Shown here piece by piece: positions 52,645 through 62,108 of a stretch of 64,000 nucleotides of DNA. The stretch's first letter is position 1, and each line of letters opens with the position of its first letter. The notes below the pieces were generated by a model. The model searched no databases. It worked only from the letters and a program-made list of their open reading frames with translations, and was not told the DNA's origin. The stretch comes from an uncultured Acidobacteriota bacterium (GTDB lineage Bacteria; Acidobacteriota; Thermoanaerobaculia; UBA5066; Gp7-AA6): the NCBI GenBank assembly GCA_963782585.1, contig CAWAKL010000003.1, positions 259,735 to 323,734 of the forward strand. Reading direction: 5' to 3'. A program made the translations under genes and the position numbers.

Positions 52645-53928
52645 AATCCTGGTCGGGACCGCGGCCGCCGTTCTGGCCGGCCGGAGCGCTTTGCCCCGCG
52701 CACGCCGCTTCTCGGCCTCGGCCATCGCGCAGGACTTCATCCTCGGCCTGTCGATCGTGGTGCCTCTCGCGTTCGCGTGGGGCCTCGCGGGACTTCCCTG
52801 GAGCCCACTTTCCATGCCGGCCCTCGCGCTTGGAACGGCGCTCGTCCTGCGACGAGCCCTTCCCGAGCGGCCGAACGCGGCGCCCGTGCGCTCGAGCCCG
52901 CGGGGATTGGATCGGGCCGCGGAGCTCCTCCTCGCGCTGTGCGCCCTGATCGCGGTCTGGAAATGGCTGCGGACGCCGATCTGGACGTGGGACCACTTCG
53001 CCATCTGGGGGCTGAAGGCGCGGCAGATGGTCGTCGACGGTTCGCTCGACCTGACATTTCTCGGCCTCCGAACTCACGTCGTGTCCAACCCTCAGTATCC
53101 GATCGGGCTGCCGCTCGCCTGGCGGTTCCTTTCGCCGTCCTCCCCCTCGGTCTCGGACTTTCGCCTCGCCCACACCCTCTTCGCGGCGGCGCTTCTCGCG
53201 GCGACGCATGCCGCGGCCCGCCGGCTGGGCGCTTCGCCGGACCGCCGCCGCGCTGCTCTCCGCCGCGCTCTGTGCGTCGCCGCTCTTCTGGGACACCGAG
53301 ACCGTCGGCATCGCCGAGCTGCCGCTCGCCGCCGTCGCTGTGGTGGCGGTCCTGCTGGTGCTCGAGGCGCAGGAAGGAACCGGATTCCCGGCCTGGCCCG
53401 CCGGACTCGCACTCGGATTCCTGAGCTGGATCAAGATGGAGGGAGTTCCTCTCGGTGTGTTTCTCGCAGCCGCGTGTGCCTGGGGACTCCCCGGGAAAAA
53501 GCGTCTCGCTCTGGTCGCGACATGGGCTCTGTCGACCGCGGCGGCCCTGGCGACGGGGAGGTGGCTTCTTCCCGTACAGCGGCGGCTTTCTACAGGGCGA
53601 CTGGATGGCACGTTTCTCGGAACGCATGCGCGATCCGTTCACTCTCGTCGCGACGATCCTGCGGGAGCTCACCGGTCCGGAATGGTTGGGCCTGTGGTTT
53701 CTCTTCGGGGTGGCCGCCCTGGCGTCGCTATTCCTTCCGGCGCGCACCGCCCGCGGGCTCTCGGCCGTGGTCCTCGGCCAGTTTCTCGTGTACGCCTTCG
53801 TCTACTTCGGAACGTTTCTGGATCCGGCCCAGCACGTTGGGTCGTCATTCCATCGGCTCGCGGCCGCTCTCCTGCCGCTCGCTCTGCTGGCGATGGCCGG
53901 GGTCTCCGGCGCGTCGAGGAAGTCTTAG
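52631..53928 (+). CDS. Polytopic membrane protein, GT-C-like candidate; frame interrupted twice (about 53231-53245 and 53560-53590)
   Basis: Three frame pieces each encode hydrophobic helices: WTWDHFAIWGLKARQMVVDGSLD...NPQYPIGLPLAW; LLSAALCASPLFWDTETVGIAELPLAAVAVVAVLLVL...; WLGLWFLFGVAALASLF...LLPLALLAMAG. Confidence 0.45.
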
Positions 53929-53938
53929 TCTGACCGCG

Positions 53939-55465
53939 ATGCGCTCTTCTTCGTATCGGATGAAGGTGCCGAGTCTGGCGTTTTTGTCCCGCTGGGCGCT
54001 GATTGTCGCCGCCGTCGCGGGGTTGGCGATCTACGGCGGCTATCTCTACCGCCACACCTGCTTCGCCGTCGGGGGCTCTGACAGCTCCGGCTATGCGAAC
54101 GCCGCGCGCGCCATCGTCGAGGGTCCTCTCGTCGCGCCGATTCCGGGACTCGAGCGTTTCGGCCTTCCGGCGTCCGACGCGCCCCTCTTCGTCCCACTCG
54201 GGTATGTCCGCGTCCGCGACACCTCGATGGCGCCGCTCTATCCGATCGGATTCCCCCTCCACGTCGCCGCGGCGTCCCGGATCGCCGGCTGGGAGCTCGG
54301 GCCGTTTCTCGTGAGCCCGATCGCCGCACTGCTGTCCGTCTTTCTGGTCTTTCTCGTCGGGCGCGAGCTCGGTCTGGCTCCCGGGTGGGCCGCCGGCGCA
54401 GGCCTCCTGCTGGCTGCGTCTCCCGTCTTCGTGTTTCAGGCGATCCAGCCCATGAGCGACGTCGTCGCGACGGCCTGGTGTCTGGCCGCGATCTACGCGG
54501 GGCTGCGATCCCGTTCCGACGCGCGCTGGGCCGCCGCGGCGGGCCTCGCGTTTGGCATTGCGGTTCTCGTGCGGCCGCTCGACGCGCTCGTCGCCATCCC
54601 TCTGCTTTTCGCCCTGCCCATGAAGCGCCGAGCCCTGACTCTCTTCGTGCTCGGAGGGCTGCCGTGTGCCGTGGCGCTCTTCGCCTGGAACCTCGCGTGT
54701 TTCGGAAGCGCGTTTCAGAGCGGATACGGCCTCTACGGTCTCGGGCACCTGTTCGCGTGGTCGAATCTCCCGGCTCGCCTCCCGCGCTACGCCCGCTGGA
54801 CGGCACAGGTGCTGACTCCGCTCGTCTGCCTGGGATGGTTCGCATCACTGTGGGATCGCCGGATCCCGGGCCGGGATCGAGCCCTTCTCTTCACCTGGTT
54901 CGGCTCCGTCTTCCTGGCGTACAGCGCTTATCAGCCCGCCGACGACTGGTGGTTCACGCGGTTTCTCCTGCCGGGCCTGCCGGCCCTGCCGCTCGGCTTC
55001 ATGCTCGTGGCTCGCGATCTGCGTCATGCGGTCGCGTCCCGGTCCGTGGCGTGGGCACGCGTCGTCGGAGTCGCGGCCATCGTTGCGGTGGCCTTCGTCG
55101 CCCGCAGCGGATTCCGTTCGACGGCGACGCTCAACGTCCTCGAATTGCACCGGCTCCAGCGCGCCTTTCCGGACGGCTGTCGGCAGGCGGCCCTCGAGTT
55201 CCCTCGCGGCGCGCTCGTCTTGTCGGGGGAAATGAGCGGCGCGCTTCGCTACTACACTGCGTTGACGCCGGTCCGTTGGGAGAACCTCGATCCCGGACGT
55301 TTCGCCGCGCTGCGCGCCCGGACCGAGGCGGCCGGCGGCCGGTGGTTCGCGCTCCTCATGAAGCACGAGGTCCTCCCGGCCGCCCCTCGAGTTCCCGGTT
55401 CCTGGACGTTCCTGGGCGAAACCGGCCCGGTCACGCTCTGGCGGCTCGAGCCGGGTCGTCCCTGA
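53939..55465 (+). CDS. Polytopic membrane protein, GT-C (ArnT/PMT_2-like) candidate
   Basis: About 508 aa (ATG 53939 or 53960). After the first TM comes the loop GGSDSSGYANAARAIVEG, then about 10 further helices, and a ~130-aa C-terminal soluble domain. Confidence 0.55.
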   Translation: MRSSSYRMKVPSLAFLSRWALIVAAVAGLAIYGGYLYRHTCFAVGGSDSSGYANAARAIVEGPLVAPIPGLERFGLPASDAPLFVPLGYVRVRDTSMAPLYPIGFPLHVAAASRIAGWELGPFLVSPIAALLSVFLVFLVGRELGLAPGWAAGAGLLLAASPVFVFQAIQPMSDVVATAWCLAAIYAGLRSRSDARWAAAAGLAFGIAVLVRPLDALVAIPLLFALPMKRRALTLFVLGGLPCAVALFAWNLACFGSAFQSGYGLYGLGHLFAWSNLPARLPRYARWTAQVLTPLVCLGWFASLWDRRIPGRDRALLFTWFGSVFLAYSAYQPADDWWFTRFLLPGLPALPLGFMLVARDLRHAVASRSVAWARVVGVAAIVAVAFVARSGFRSTATLNVLELHRLQRAFPDGCRQAALEFPRGALVLSGEMSGALRYYTALTPVRWENLDPGRFAALRARTEAAGGRWFALLMKHEVLPAAPRVPGSWTFLGETGPVTLWRLEPGRP

Positions 55466-55468
55466 GCC

Positions 55469-57015
55469 CTAGTCGTTGCCTCTCTGCATCGCTTCGAGCG
55501 CGGCGTCGATCGAGAAGCTGCCGGGCTTCTGGCTCGGCGGGTAGTCCTTGAACGTGGCCAGGAACTTCGCGACGTACTCCTGCGCCGGAATGAGGATGAA
55601 GACGTGCTCGACCGCCCAGCGTTCGTAGTCCATGCCCTCCTCATCGGCGGTCTCGAACGGATCGGAGCGCAGGTTGAAGAGCTTGGGCAGGCGCAGCGCC
55701 ACGAACGGTTCCCGCCAGACGTCGAAGCCGTGCTGGCGTTGTTCGGCAAAGACGACCTTCCACTGGTTGTAGCGAAGCGCCACGAGCGAGCCGTCGTCGT
55801 TGAAGTACATGAACTCCTTGCGGGGGCTCGGGCTCTTTCCCGCGAGGGCGTCGGTGACGTTGTACCCGTCGAGGTGGACCTTGAAGGTCTTCTTGCCGAC
55901 CGGCATGCCCTTGAGGAGCTTCTCTTTCACGTTCGGATCGCCGGCCGCGGCGAGGAGCGTGGGCAGCATGTCCTCGTGCGAGAAGATGTCGTTGAGCACC
56001 GAGCCGGGCTGGATCACGCCGGGCCAGCGGATGATGCAGGGAACCCGGTAGCCGCCCTCCCAGTTCGTGTTCTTCTCGCCGCGGAAGGGGACGCCCCGCC
56101 GTCGGGCCAGGTGAACTTCTCGGCCCCGTTGTCGGTCGAATACATCACGATCGTGTTGTCGGCGAAGCCGAGATCATCGATCGCCTTGAGCATGACGCCG
56201 ACATTGGCGTCGTGCTCGACCATGCCGTCGGGGTAGATGCCCAGGCCCGTCTTGCCCCGGCTCGACTCCTTGAGGCGCGTCCAGATGTGCATGCGGGTCG
56301 TGTTCCAGGACAGGAAGAAGGGCTTGCCTTCTTTCTTGGCGTCGTTCAGGAAGCGGATGGACTCCTTCGTGATCTCGTCGTCCACGGTCTCCATGCGCTT
56401 CATGTTGAGCGCTCCGGTGCTCTCGATCTTCTGCGTGCCGTCCGGATTGGCCCAGGAGTGGATGACCCCGCGGGTGCCGTATTTCTTCTTCATCTCGGGG
56501 TCTTTGAAATAGTCCGGATGCTCCGGCTCGTCCTCGGCATTCAGGTGGTAGAGCGAGCCCATGAACTCGTCGAAGCCGTGCGCGGTCGGCAGGTGCTCGT
56601 CGAGGTCGCCCATGTGGTTCTTGCCGAACTGGCCGGTCTTGTAGCCTCGCGCCTTGAGCAGCTCGGCGATCGTGACGTCGCGCGCCTGGAGCCCCTCTTT
56701 CGCCCCGGGAAGGCCGACCTTGAGCAGGCCCGTGCGGTAACCCACCTGGCCCGTGTTGAACGCCGCGCGGCCGGCCGTGCAGCTCTGCTGGCCGTACCAG
56801 TCGGTGAAGAGCGCGCCTTCCTTGGCGATGCGATCGATGTTGGGCGTCTTGTAGCCCATCATTCCCTGGTTGTAGGCGCTGATGTTCCAGTAGCCGATGT
56901 CGTCGCCCCAGAGAATCAGGATGTTGGGCTGCTTCGCCTGGGCCTGCAGGAGACCGGACCCCACAGCAAACGTCGTGACCGCGAGAAGAACACTGCGCGC
57001 GATGCCGGTTTTCAT
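55469..57015 (-). CDS. Arylsulfatase (Cys-type, formylglycine-dependent); frame interrupted by a 1-nt deletion in the G/C run at 56087-56090
   Basis: ATG 57015 is preceded by GGAGGG and a signal peptide is present. ILILWGDDIGYWN is followed by the FGly motif SCTAGRAAFNTG and GKNHMGD. After correction the sequence reads [28 protein letters not shown] and continues into ORF 55469-56017. Confidence 0.85.
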
Positions 57016-57117
57016 CGAGCCCTCCATTGACTGTCGCGGGAACAGTATCAAGGGCTCCGGCGGCCGACCCGCCTCGCCACTGTGCGGACGGTGTGAAAGA
57101 ATTCCAATCCTCACACC

Positions 57118-59280
57118 GTGGAACGAGGAGCCGAGGCCCCAAGCTGGAACACCCCGCCGGGCGGGCCGCCGCGCCGGCACGGTGGTGATGCGCCGGGTTC
57201 GCTGGACGAAGCCCTGACCCTGGGAAGCGTCTCGGGCCGGCGACACCATGCCCGCATCGAGCTGCTCCGCGGCTCCGCAAAGCCCTGGTTCCGGTTCGCC
57301 GGTTCCCTGGCGCTCTTCGAGGTCGCGTTCCTGCTCGCCTATGTGCACGGGATGTCGCTCTCGAACTCGGCCGGCTCTCCTTTCTGGTCTCCCGACACGG
57401 TTCTGCTCTGCACGCTCCTCGTGGCCCCGCCGCGCCGCTGGTGGATCTATCTGCTGGCCGCGGTCCCGATCCGCTTCCTCGCGATTCCCGCGCCTTCGCC
57501 AGCCTGGTTTCTGACCGCGAATCTCGTGAACGATTCCCTGAAGGCGGTCCTCTCCGCCACACTGCTGCGGCGTTTGATTCCGAACCCGGTCCGTTTCGAC
57601 CGCCTTCGCGACTTCAACATCTACGTCGCCGTCGCGGTCTTCGGCGTCCCGATGCTCTCCGCTCTGGGGGGCGGTGCGGCGTGGACGATGCGCGGGCGGG
57701 AATTCTGGCCCGCGTGGCGCTCCTGGTTCCTCGGAGATGCGATGGCCGGTCTCGTGCTGACGCCGGCGGCGCTCTACTGGTTCTTCGGCTTCCGGGACCG
57801 GCGGAAAGACGCGGAGCCGCGACGCCTGGCCGAAGGGCTGGTGTTGGCCGCCGGCCTCGCGGCGATCGGCCTCGCGGCGTTCAGCGGCCGGCTTTCGGGT
57901 CCTTACGAGCTTCTCGCGCTCCTGTATGTGCCGGTGGCCTTCCTGATCTGGGCCGCGATCCGTTTCGGAGTCAAGGGTTCCTCGGCCGCGCTCGCGCTGG
58001 CGGCTCTGATCGCGACGGAAGCGGCGGCGCGGAGCTCCCTGGCGCACTTCTCACCCGAGATGCGGATCCTCTATATCCAGCTGTTCCTCCTGGTCGTGGC
58101 CCTCCCCGTGCTCTACCTCGCCGTCCTCGTCCGCGAGCGGGACCTCGCCGCGGCCTCGCTGCGGCGGAGCGAGCAGCGCTACCGGGAGGTCCTGGATGCG
58201 CAGGCCGATCTGATTTGCCGGTTCCTGCCCGACACCACGCTGACGTTCGTGAACGAAGCGTACTGCCAGTACTTCCGGCGGTCTCGAGGCGAGCTGATCG
58301 GGCATCGGTTCCTCGATCTCGTCCCGGAGTCGGGACGGGAGGCCTCCCGGCGGCACATCGCCGCGCTCGCCGAGAACCCCCGCGTCGAGACCTTCGAGCA
58401 CGAGGTCGTGCGAGCGGACGGTTCGATCGGCTGGCAGCAATGGGTGAACTACGCCATCGTGGGCAATGACGGAAGGGTGCGCGAGTTCCAGGCCATCGGA
58501 CGGGACGTCACGGACCGTAAGGGGATGGACGAGACGAGTCGACGGCTGGCGCATGCCGGCCGTCTCGCACTGCTGGGAGAGCTGACGGCCTCGATCGCCC
58601 ACGAGATCAACCAGCCCCTCGGGGCGATCCTCGCGAACGCGGACGCGGCCGAGATGTTGCTCGAGCGGGGGACCGGCGACCTGAGCGACGTCCGCACGAT
58701 ACTCGCCGACATCCGGCGGGACGATCTGCGGGCGAGCAATGTAATCCGGCAGGTCCGGTCGCTCGTCCGCCAGCGACCGATGGACCTCCAACCGCTCGAC
58801 TTCCCGCAGCTCGCCGGAGAAGTCCTGCGCCTGGCCGAGCCCGAGGCTCGGAGAAGAAACGTGTCGATCGACCTGCGATTCGAGTCACCCCTGCCGGAAG
58901 TCCTTGGCGACCGCGTCTCTCTCCTGCAGGTCTTTCTGAACCTCGTCATCAATGGCATGGAGGCGATGGGAGAGGTTCCGGCCGGAGAGCGGCGGCTGAC
59001 GATCTCGGCAGGGCGCGGGGCCGAAGGGCAGGTGCAGGTCGCCGTCGCCGACTGCGGCCCCGGCATCCTGCCGAGCCTGCTTCCGCGCCTGTTCGACTCG
59101 TTCGTCACGAGCCGGGAGGATGGAATGGGGCTGGGTCTCTCGATCTCGCGCTCGATCGTGGAAGCGCACGGAGGTACGATTCAGGCGGAAAACAACCCGG
59201 GAGGAGGCGCGACCGTTCGCTTCACCCTTCCCGCGGAGCAGGCCGCCGGCACGTTCGCGCCGGCCGGGGAGTCGTCGTGA
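57118..59280 (+). CDS. Sensor histidine kinase: MASE1-like membrane domain, PAS, HisKA, HATPase_c
   Basis: The N-terminal polytopic region fits MASE1. The PAS region is YREVLDAQADLICRFLPDTTLTFVNEAYCQYF. The H-box is ELTASIAHEINQPLGAI. The N and G boxes are LVINGMEAM and DCGPGI...GMGLGLSISRSIVEAHGG. The start (GTG 57118) is uncertain. Confidence 0.85.
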   Translation: MERGAEAPSWNTPPGGPPRRHGGDAPGSLDEALTLGSVSGRRHHARIELLRGSAKPWFRFAGSLALFEVAFLLAYVHGMSLSNSAGSPFWSPDTVLLCTLLVAPPRRWWIYLLAAVPIRFLAIPAPSPAWFLTANLVNDSLKAVLSATLLRRLIPNPVRFDRLRDFNIYVAVAVFGVPMLSALGGGAAWTMRGREFWPAWRSWFLGDAMAGLVLTPAALYWFFGFRDRRKDAEPRRLAEGLVLAAGLAAIGLAAFSGRLSGPYELLALLYVPVAFLIWAAIRFGVKGSSAALALAALIATEAAARSSLAHFSPEMRILYIQLFLLVVALPVLYLAVLVRERDLAAASLRRSEQRYREVLDAQADLICRFLPDTTLTFVNEAYCQYFRRSRGELIGHRFLDLVPESGREASRRHIAALAENPRVETFEHEVVRADGSIGWQQWVNYAIVGNDGRVREFQAIGRDVTDRKGMDETSRRLAHAGRLALLGELTASIAHEINQPLGAILANADAAEMLLERGTGDLSDVRTILADIRRDDLRASNVIRQVRSLVRQRPMDLQPLDFPQLAGEVLRLAEPEARRRNVSIDLRFESPLPEVLGDRVSLLQVFLNLVINGMEAMGEVPAGERRLTISAGRGAEGQVQVAVADCGPGILPSLLPRLFDSFVTSREDGMGLGLSISRSIVEAHGGTIQAENNPGGGATVRFTLPAEQAAGTFAPAGESS

Positions 59281-59918
59281 GCACGCCTTCCGCCATCGTT
59301 CACGTCGTGGATGACGACGGTGCCTTTCGAACGGCGATCTCGCGTCTGTTGCGCGCGGCCGGTCATGAGGTCCGCACCTACCAGTCGGCGGGCGACTTCC
59401 TGCTCCGGGAAGAGGACGATTCCCCGGGGTGCGTGCTTCTGGATCTCCGGATGCCGGGACCGAACGGTCTCGACCTGCAGACGGCGCTCGCGAGGCGCGG
59501 GAGCCCGCTTCCGATCGTGTTCCTGTCGGGGCACGGCGACGTCGACACGAGCGTTCGCGCGATGAAGGCCGGAGCCTCGGACTTTCTCGAGAAGCCGGTC
59601 AAGAAGGAAGCCCTTCTCGGCGCGGTTCGCGCTGCGCTCGCCCGAGGCGAGGCGCGCCGAGCCGAAGAGGACGAGCACCGCACCCTGCGCCGCCGGTACG
59701 AAACCTTGAGCGCCCGGGAGCGGGAGGTGCTCGAGCAGGTCGTCGCCGGAAAGCTCAACAAGCAGATCTCGGCTCAGATCGGCATCTCCGAACGGACGGT
59801 GAAGGCCCACAGGGCCAGCTGCATGATCAAGATGGGGGTCGGCTCGGTGGCCGAGCTGGCCAGGGTGGCCGAGCGCCTGCGGAAGGCGGAAGCCCCGCCG
59901 CCCATCCCGTCGTCTTAG
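59277..59918 (+). CDS. Response regulator, REC + LuxR/FixJ-type HTH
   Basis: GTGA overlap with the kinase. VHVVDDD, LLDLRMPG and KAGASDFLEKP are followed by LSAREREVLEQVVAGKLNKQISAQIGISERTVKAHR. Confidence 0.9.
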   Translation: MSTPSAIVHVVDDDGAFRTAISRLLRAAGHEVRTYQSAGDFLLREEDDSPGCVLLDLRMPGPNGLDLQTALARRGSPLPIVFLSGHGDVDTSVRAMKAGASDFLEKPVKKEALLGAVRAALARGEARRAEEDEHRTLRRRYETLSAREREVLEQVVAGKLNKQISAQIGISERTVKAHRASCMIKMGVGSVAELARVAERLRKAEAPPPIPSS

Positions 59919-60018
59919 GGGCCCCCACCCCCGGCACTCGCCCGAAAGGGCAACCACCACCGTCCGAAGGTCCCCCTTACGCAGCCTCCCGGCCTCGGCA
60001 GAGGATCGACCTATTGAG

Positions 60019-60441
60019 ATGCTCCGGACCAACGGACCCGTCGTCGTCGTGGAAGATGACCTGGCCATGAGGCAGGCGCTCGAACGAGTGCTCGGCGCAG
60101 CCGGTTTCTCGACGGCCGCCTTCGCCTCGGGGGAAGCCCTTCTCGAGGCGAGCGGCGCCAGCAGCGCCGCCTGTCTCGTGCTCGACGTTCACCTGCCGGG
60201 ACTCTCCGGGTTCGACCTTCAGCGGCGGCTCTCCGAAGCGGGCTCGCGCAGGCCGGTCATCTTCATCACCGCGCACGACGAGCCCGCGTCCCGCGTGCAG
60301 GCCGCGAGCCTCGGCGCTGCCGCGTACCTGACCAAGCCTTTTCCCGGCAAGGAGCTCCTTCGGGCCGTTCAGGCCGCCGTCGGCGCCCCCCGCACCGACG
60401 GGTCGACGGCAGACGCTCCCAGGAGGACAGAGAGCGCATGA
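60019..60441 (+). CDS. Single-domain (REC-only) response regulator
   Basis: VVVVEDD, LVLDVHLPGLSG, FITAHDE and AAAYLTKPF. Confidence 0.85.
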   Translation: MLRTNGPVVVVEDDLAMRQALERVLGAAGFSTAAFASGEALLEASGASSAACLVLDVHLPGLSGFDLQRRLSEAGSRRPVIFITAHDEPASRVQAASLGAAAYLTKPFPGKELLRAVQAAVGAPRTDGSTADAPRRTESA

Positions 60442-60481
60442 AGACCGGATTCGGTGCGGCGAACGCAGGCAGGAGTCTCGA

Positions 60482-60574
60482 ATGCGGACACTGAGCGGCC
60501 GGACGGGCTTCATCCTCTGGTTTTCTGCCCTGCTCCTGACCGTGGCGGCTCAGACGGTTTGTTATGCAACCTAG
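60482..60574 (+). CDS. Candidate small hydrophobic protein (30 aa)
   Basis: Below the ORF-track length cut-off. AGGAG lies 6 nt upstream of the ATG. The product is MRTLSGRTGFILWFSALLLTVAAQTVCYAT, one TM or signal-like helix. Confidence 0.3.
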   Translation: MRTLSGRTGFILWFSALLLTVAAQTVCYAT

Positions 60575-60629
60575 ACCCATGAAGAGCATTCTCGAGATGC
60601 AAGCGCGGAGAAAAAGACAGGGAGGAAAA

Positions 60630-61394
60630 ATGCGGCCGAGACAACTCCAGTCAGGCTTGATGGCTTTGCTTTGGGTCGCGCTGTCGGGCGCGGCTTCGGG
60701 ACAGCAGCCCGCCGCGGCGCCGCGTGCGGCCGTCGACCCGGCGGCGATCGCTGCCCTCGACAAGATGGGCAACTACCTGCGAACGATCAAAGTCTTCCGC
60801 GTCCGCTCGAAGGTGACGCGGGACCGCGTGCTCGACGACGGCCTGCTCGTCCAGCAGGACTCCAAGGTCGATATGCTCGCGCAGCTGCCGTCGCACCTGT
60901 GGATCGACGCGACGAGCGCCGCCAAGGATCGTATGTTCTTCTACGACGGCAAGACGTTCACGATCTACGCGAAGCGGATGCGCTACTACGCCTCGGTGCC
61001 GGCGCCCGACACGGCCCGGAAGCTGGTCGAGGCGCTGGACGAGAAGTACGACCTGGAGCTGCCGCTGGCGGATCTCTTCTTTTGGGGTAGTGACAAGGCG
61101 GACACCGCCGACATCCTCGCGGCGGCGGACGCGGGCCCGGCGGACGTCGAAGGCACGACGTGCCAGCAGTACGCCTTCCGGCAGGCGGGGGTCGACTGGC
61201 AGATCTGGATCAAGCTCGGCGCCTATCCGCTGCCTATGAAGATGGTCATCACCACGACGGACGACGAAGCGCGGCCGCAGTACTCGGCGGTCTACGACTG
61301 GGATCTCGCGCCGTCGTTCAACGAGGCGGCGTTCACGTTCGTCCCGCCGGAGGGAGCACAGAAGATCGTCATGGCCTCGGCCGGAAAGAAGTGA
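60630..61394 (+). CDS. Periplasmic LolA-like / DUF2092-like protein
   Basis: ATG 60630 is preceded by GGGAGGA, with a signal peptide (LMALLWVALSGAASG). The body FFYDGKTFTIYAKRMRYYASVPAPDT...LPLADLFFWG...YPLPMKMVITT matches my recollection of the DUF2092 pattern; it has not been HMM-verified. Confidence 0.6.
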   Translation: MRPRQLQSGLMALLWVALSGAASGQQPAAAPRAAVDPAAIAALDKMGNYLRTIKVFRVRSKVTRDRVLDDGLLVQQDSKVDMLAQLPSHLWIDATSAAKDRMFFYDGKTFTIYAKRMRYYASVPAPDTARKLVEALDEKYDLELPLADLFFWGSDKADTADILAAADAGPADVEGTTCQQYAFRQAGVDWQIWIKLGAYPLPMKMVITTTDDEARPQYSAVYDWDLAPSFNEAAFTFVPPEGAQKIVMASAGKK

Positions 61395-61407
61395 GGGGAG
61401 GACTCCA

Positions 61408-61938
61408 ATGCGCAGAACCATTCTTCGAACGACCGCTGTTCTCGTCGCGTTCCTCCTTACGGGAGCCGTCGGCATGGCCTTTCAAAGGGGAGGAGGAGGA
61501 GGCGGGGGCGGGGGCGGGCGCCAGGCGAGATCGAGCGTCAACCACGCCGGCGGCGGAGGCGCGAGCCAGAGCGCCAATCGGAACACGAACCAGAACGTGA
61601 ACCGGAACACCAACGTGAACCAGAACACCAACGTCAATCGAAACTCGAACGTCAACGTCGATCGCGACGTCCACGTGGACGTCGATAACCACGGCGGCTA
61701 CGGCGGCTACGGCAACGGCTGCTGCCATCACCCCGTGGCCGGGGCGATGGCCGTGACGGCCGCGGTCACGGCCACGGCCGCCGTCGTCGGAGCGATCTTC
61801 AGCCCGGCACAAATGCCCACGTCGGGCTGCGCCACGCAGGTCGTCAACGGGATCGCTTACCAGCAGTGCGGCTCGACCTGGTACCAGCCGCAGTACGCGG
61901 GCTCCGACGTGACTTACGTCGTGGTGAGCCAGCCCTGA
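61408..61938 (+). CDS. Secreted or membrane low-complexity protein: poly-Gly, an (Asn-x)n repeat, a CCHH motif, a hydrophobic helix and a Cys/Tyr-rich C-terminus
   Basis: 176-aa ORF with a signal peptide (TTAVLVAFLLTGAVGMA) and a G10 run. NRNTNQNVNRNTNVNQNTNVNRNSNVNVDRDVHVDVDNH is followed by GGYGGYGNGCCHHP, VAGAMAVTAAVTATAAVVGAIF and CATQVVNGIAYQQCGSTWYQPQYAGSDVTYVVV. Confidence 0.5.
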   Translation: MRRTILRTTAVLVAFLLTGAVGMAFQRGGGGGGGGGGRQARSSVNHAGGGGASQSANRNTNQNVNRNTNVNQNTNVNRNSNVNVDRDVHVDVDNHGGYGGYGNGCCHHPVAGAMAVTAAVTATAAVVGAIFSPAQMPTSGCATQVVNGIAYQQCGSTWYQPQYAGSDVTYVVVSQP

Positions 61939-62108
61939 AACTGAACTCGCCTTTTTTGGCCCGTTCGCTGACGCGGCGGTAGAGAATGGCCTGAGCGACT
62001 CCTTGGGTCAGTCCAGCCGTTCTGGGGAAATCCGAGGCCGGATCTGATTCCGGCTTCGGGAGAGCAATCGGTGTCCTGGCCGGGGGACGCGACGAAGGAG
62101 CCAGAACC

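Noticed and set aside
52538-55465. A single 975-aa ORF
   Set aside because: The middle third is an Arg/Ser-rich shadow frame. The real content is a frameshifted membrane-protein gene (52631-53928) plus a separate gene starting at 53939 or 53960.
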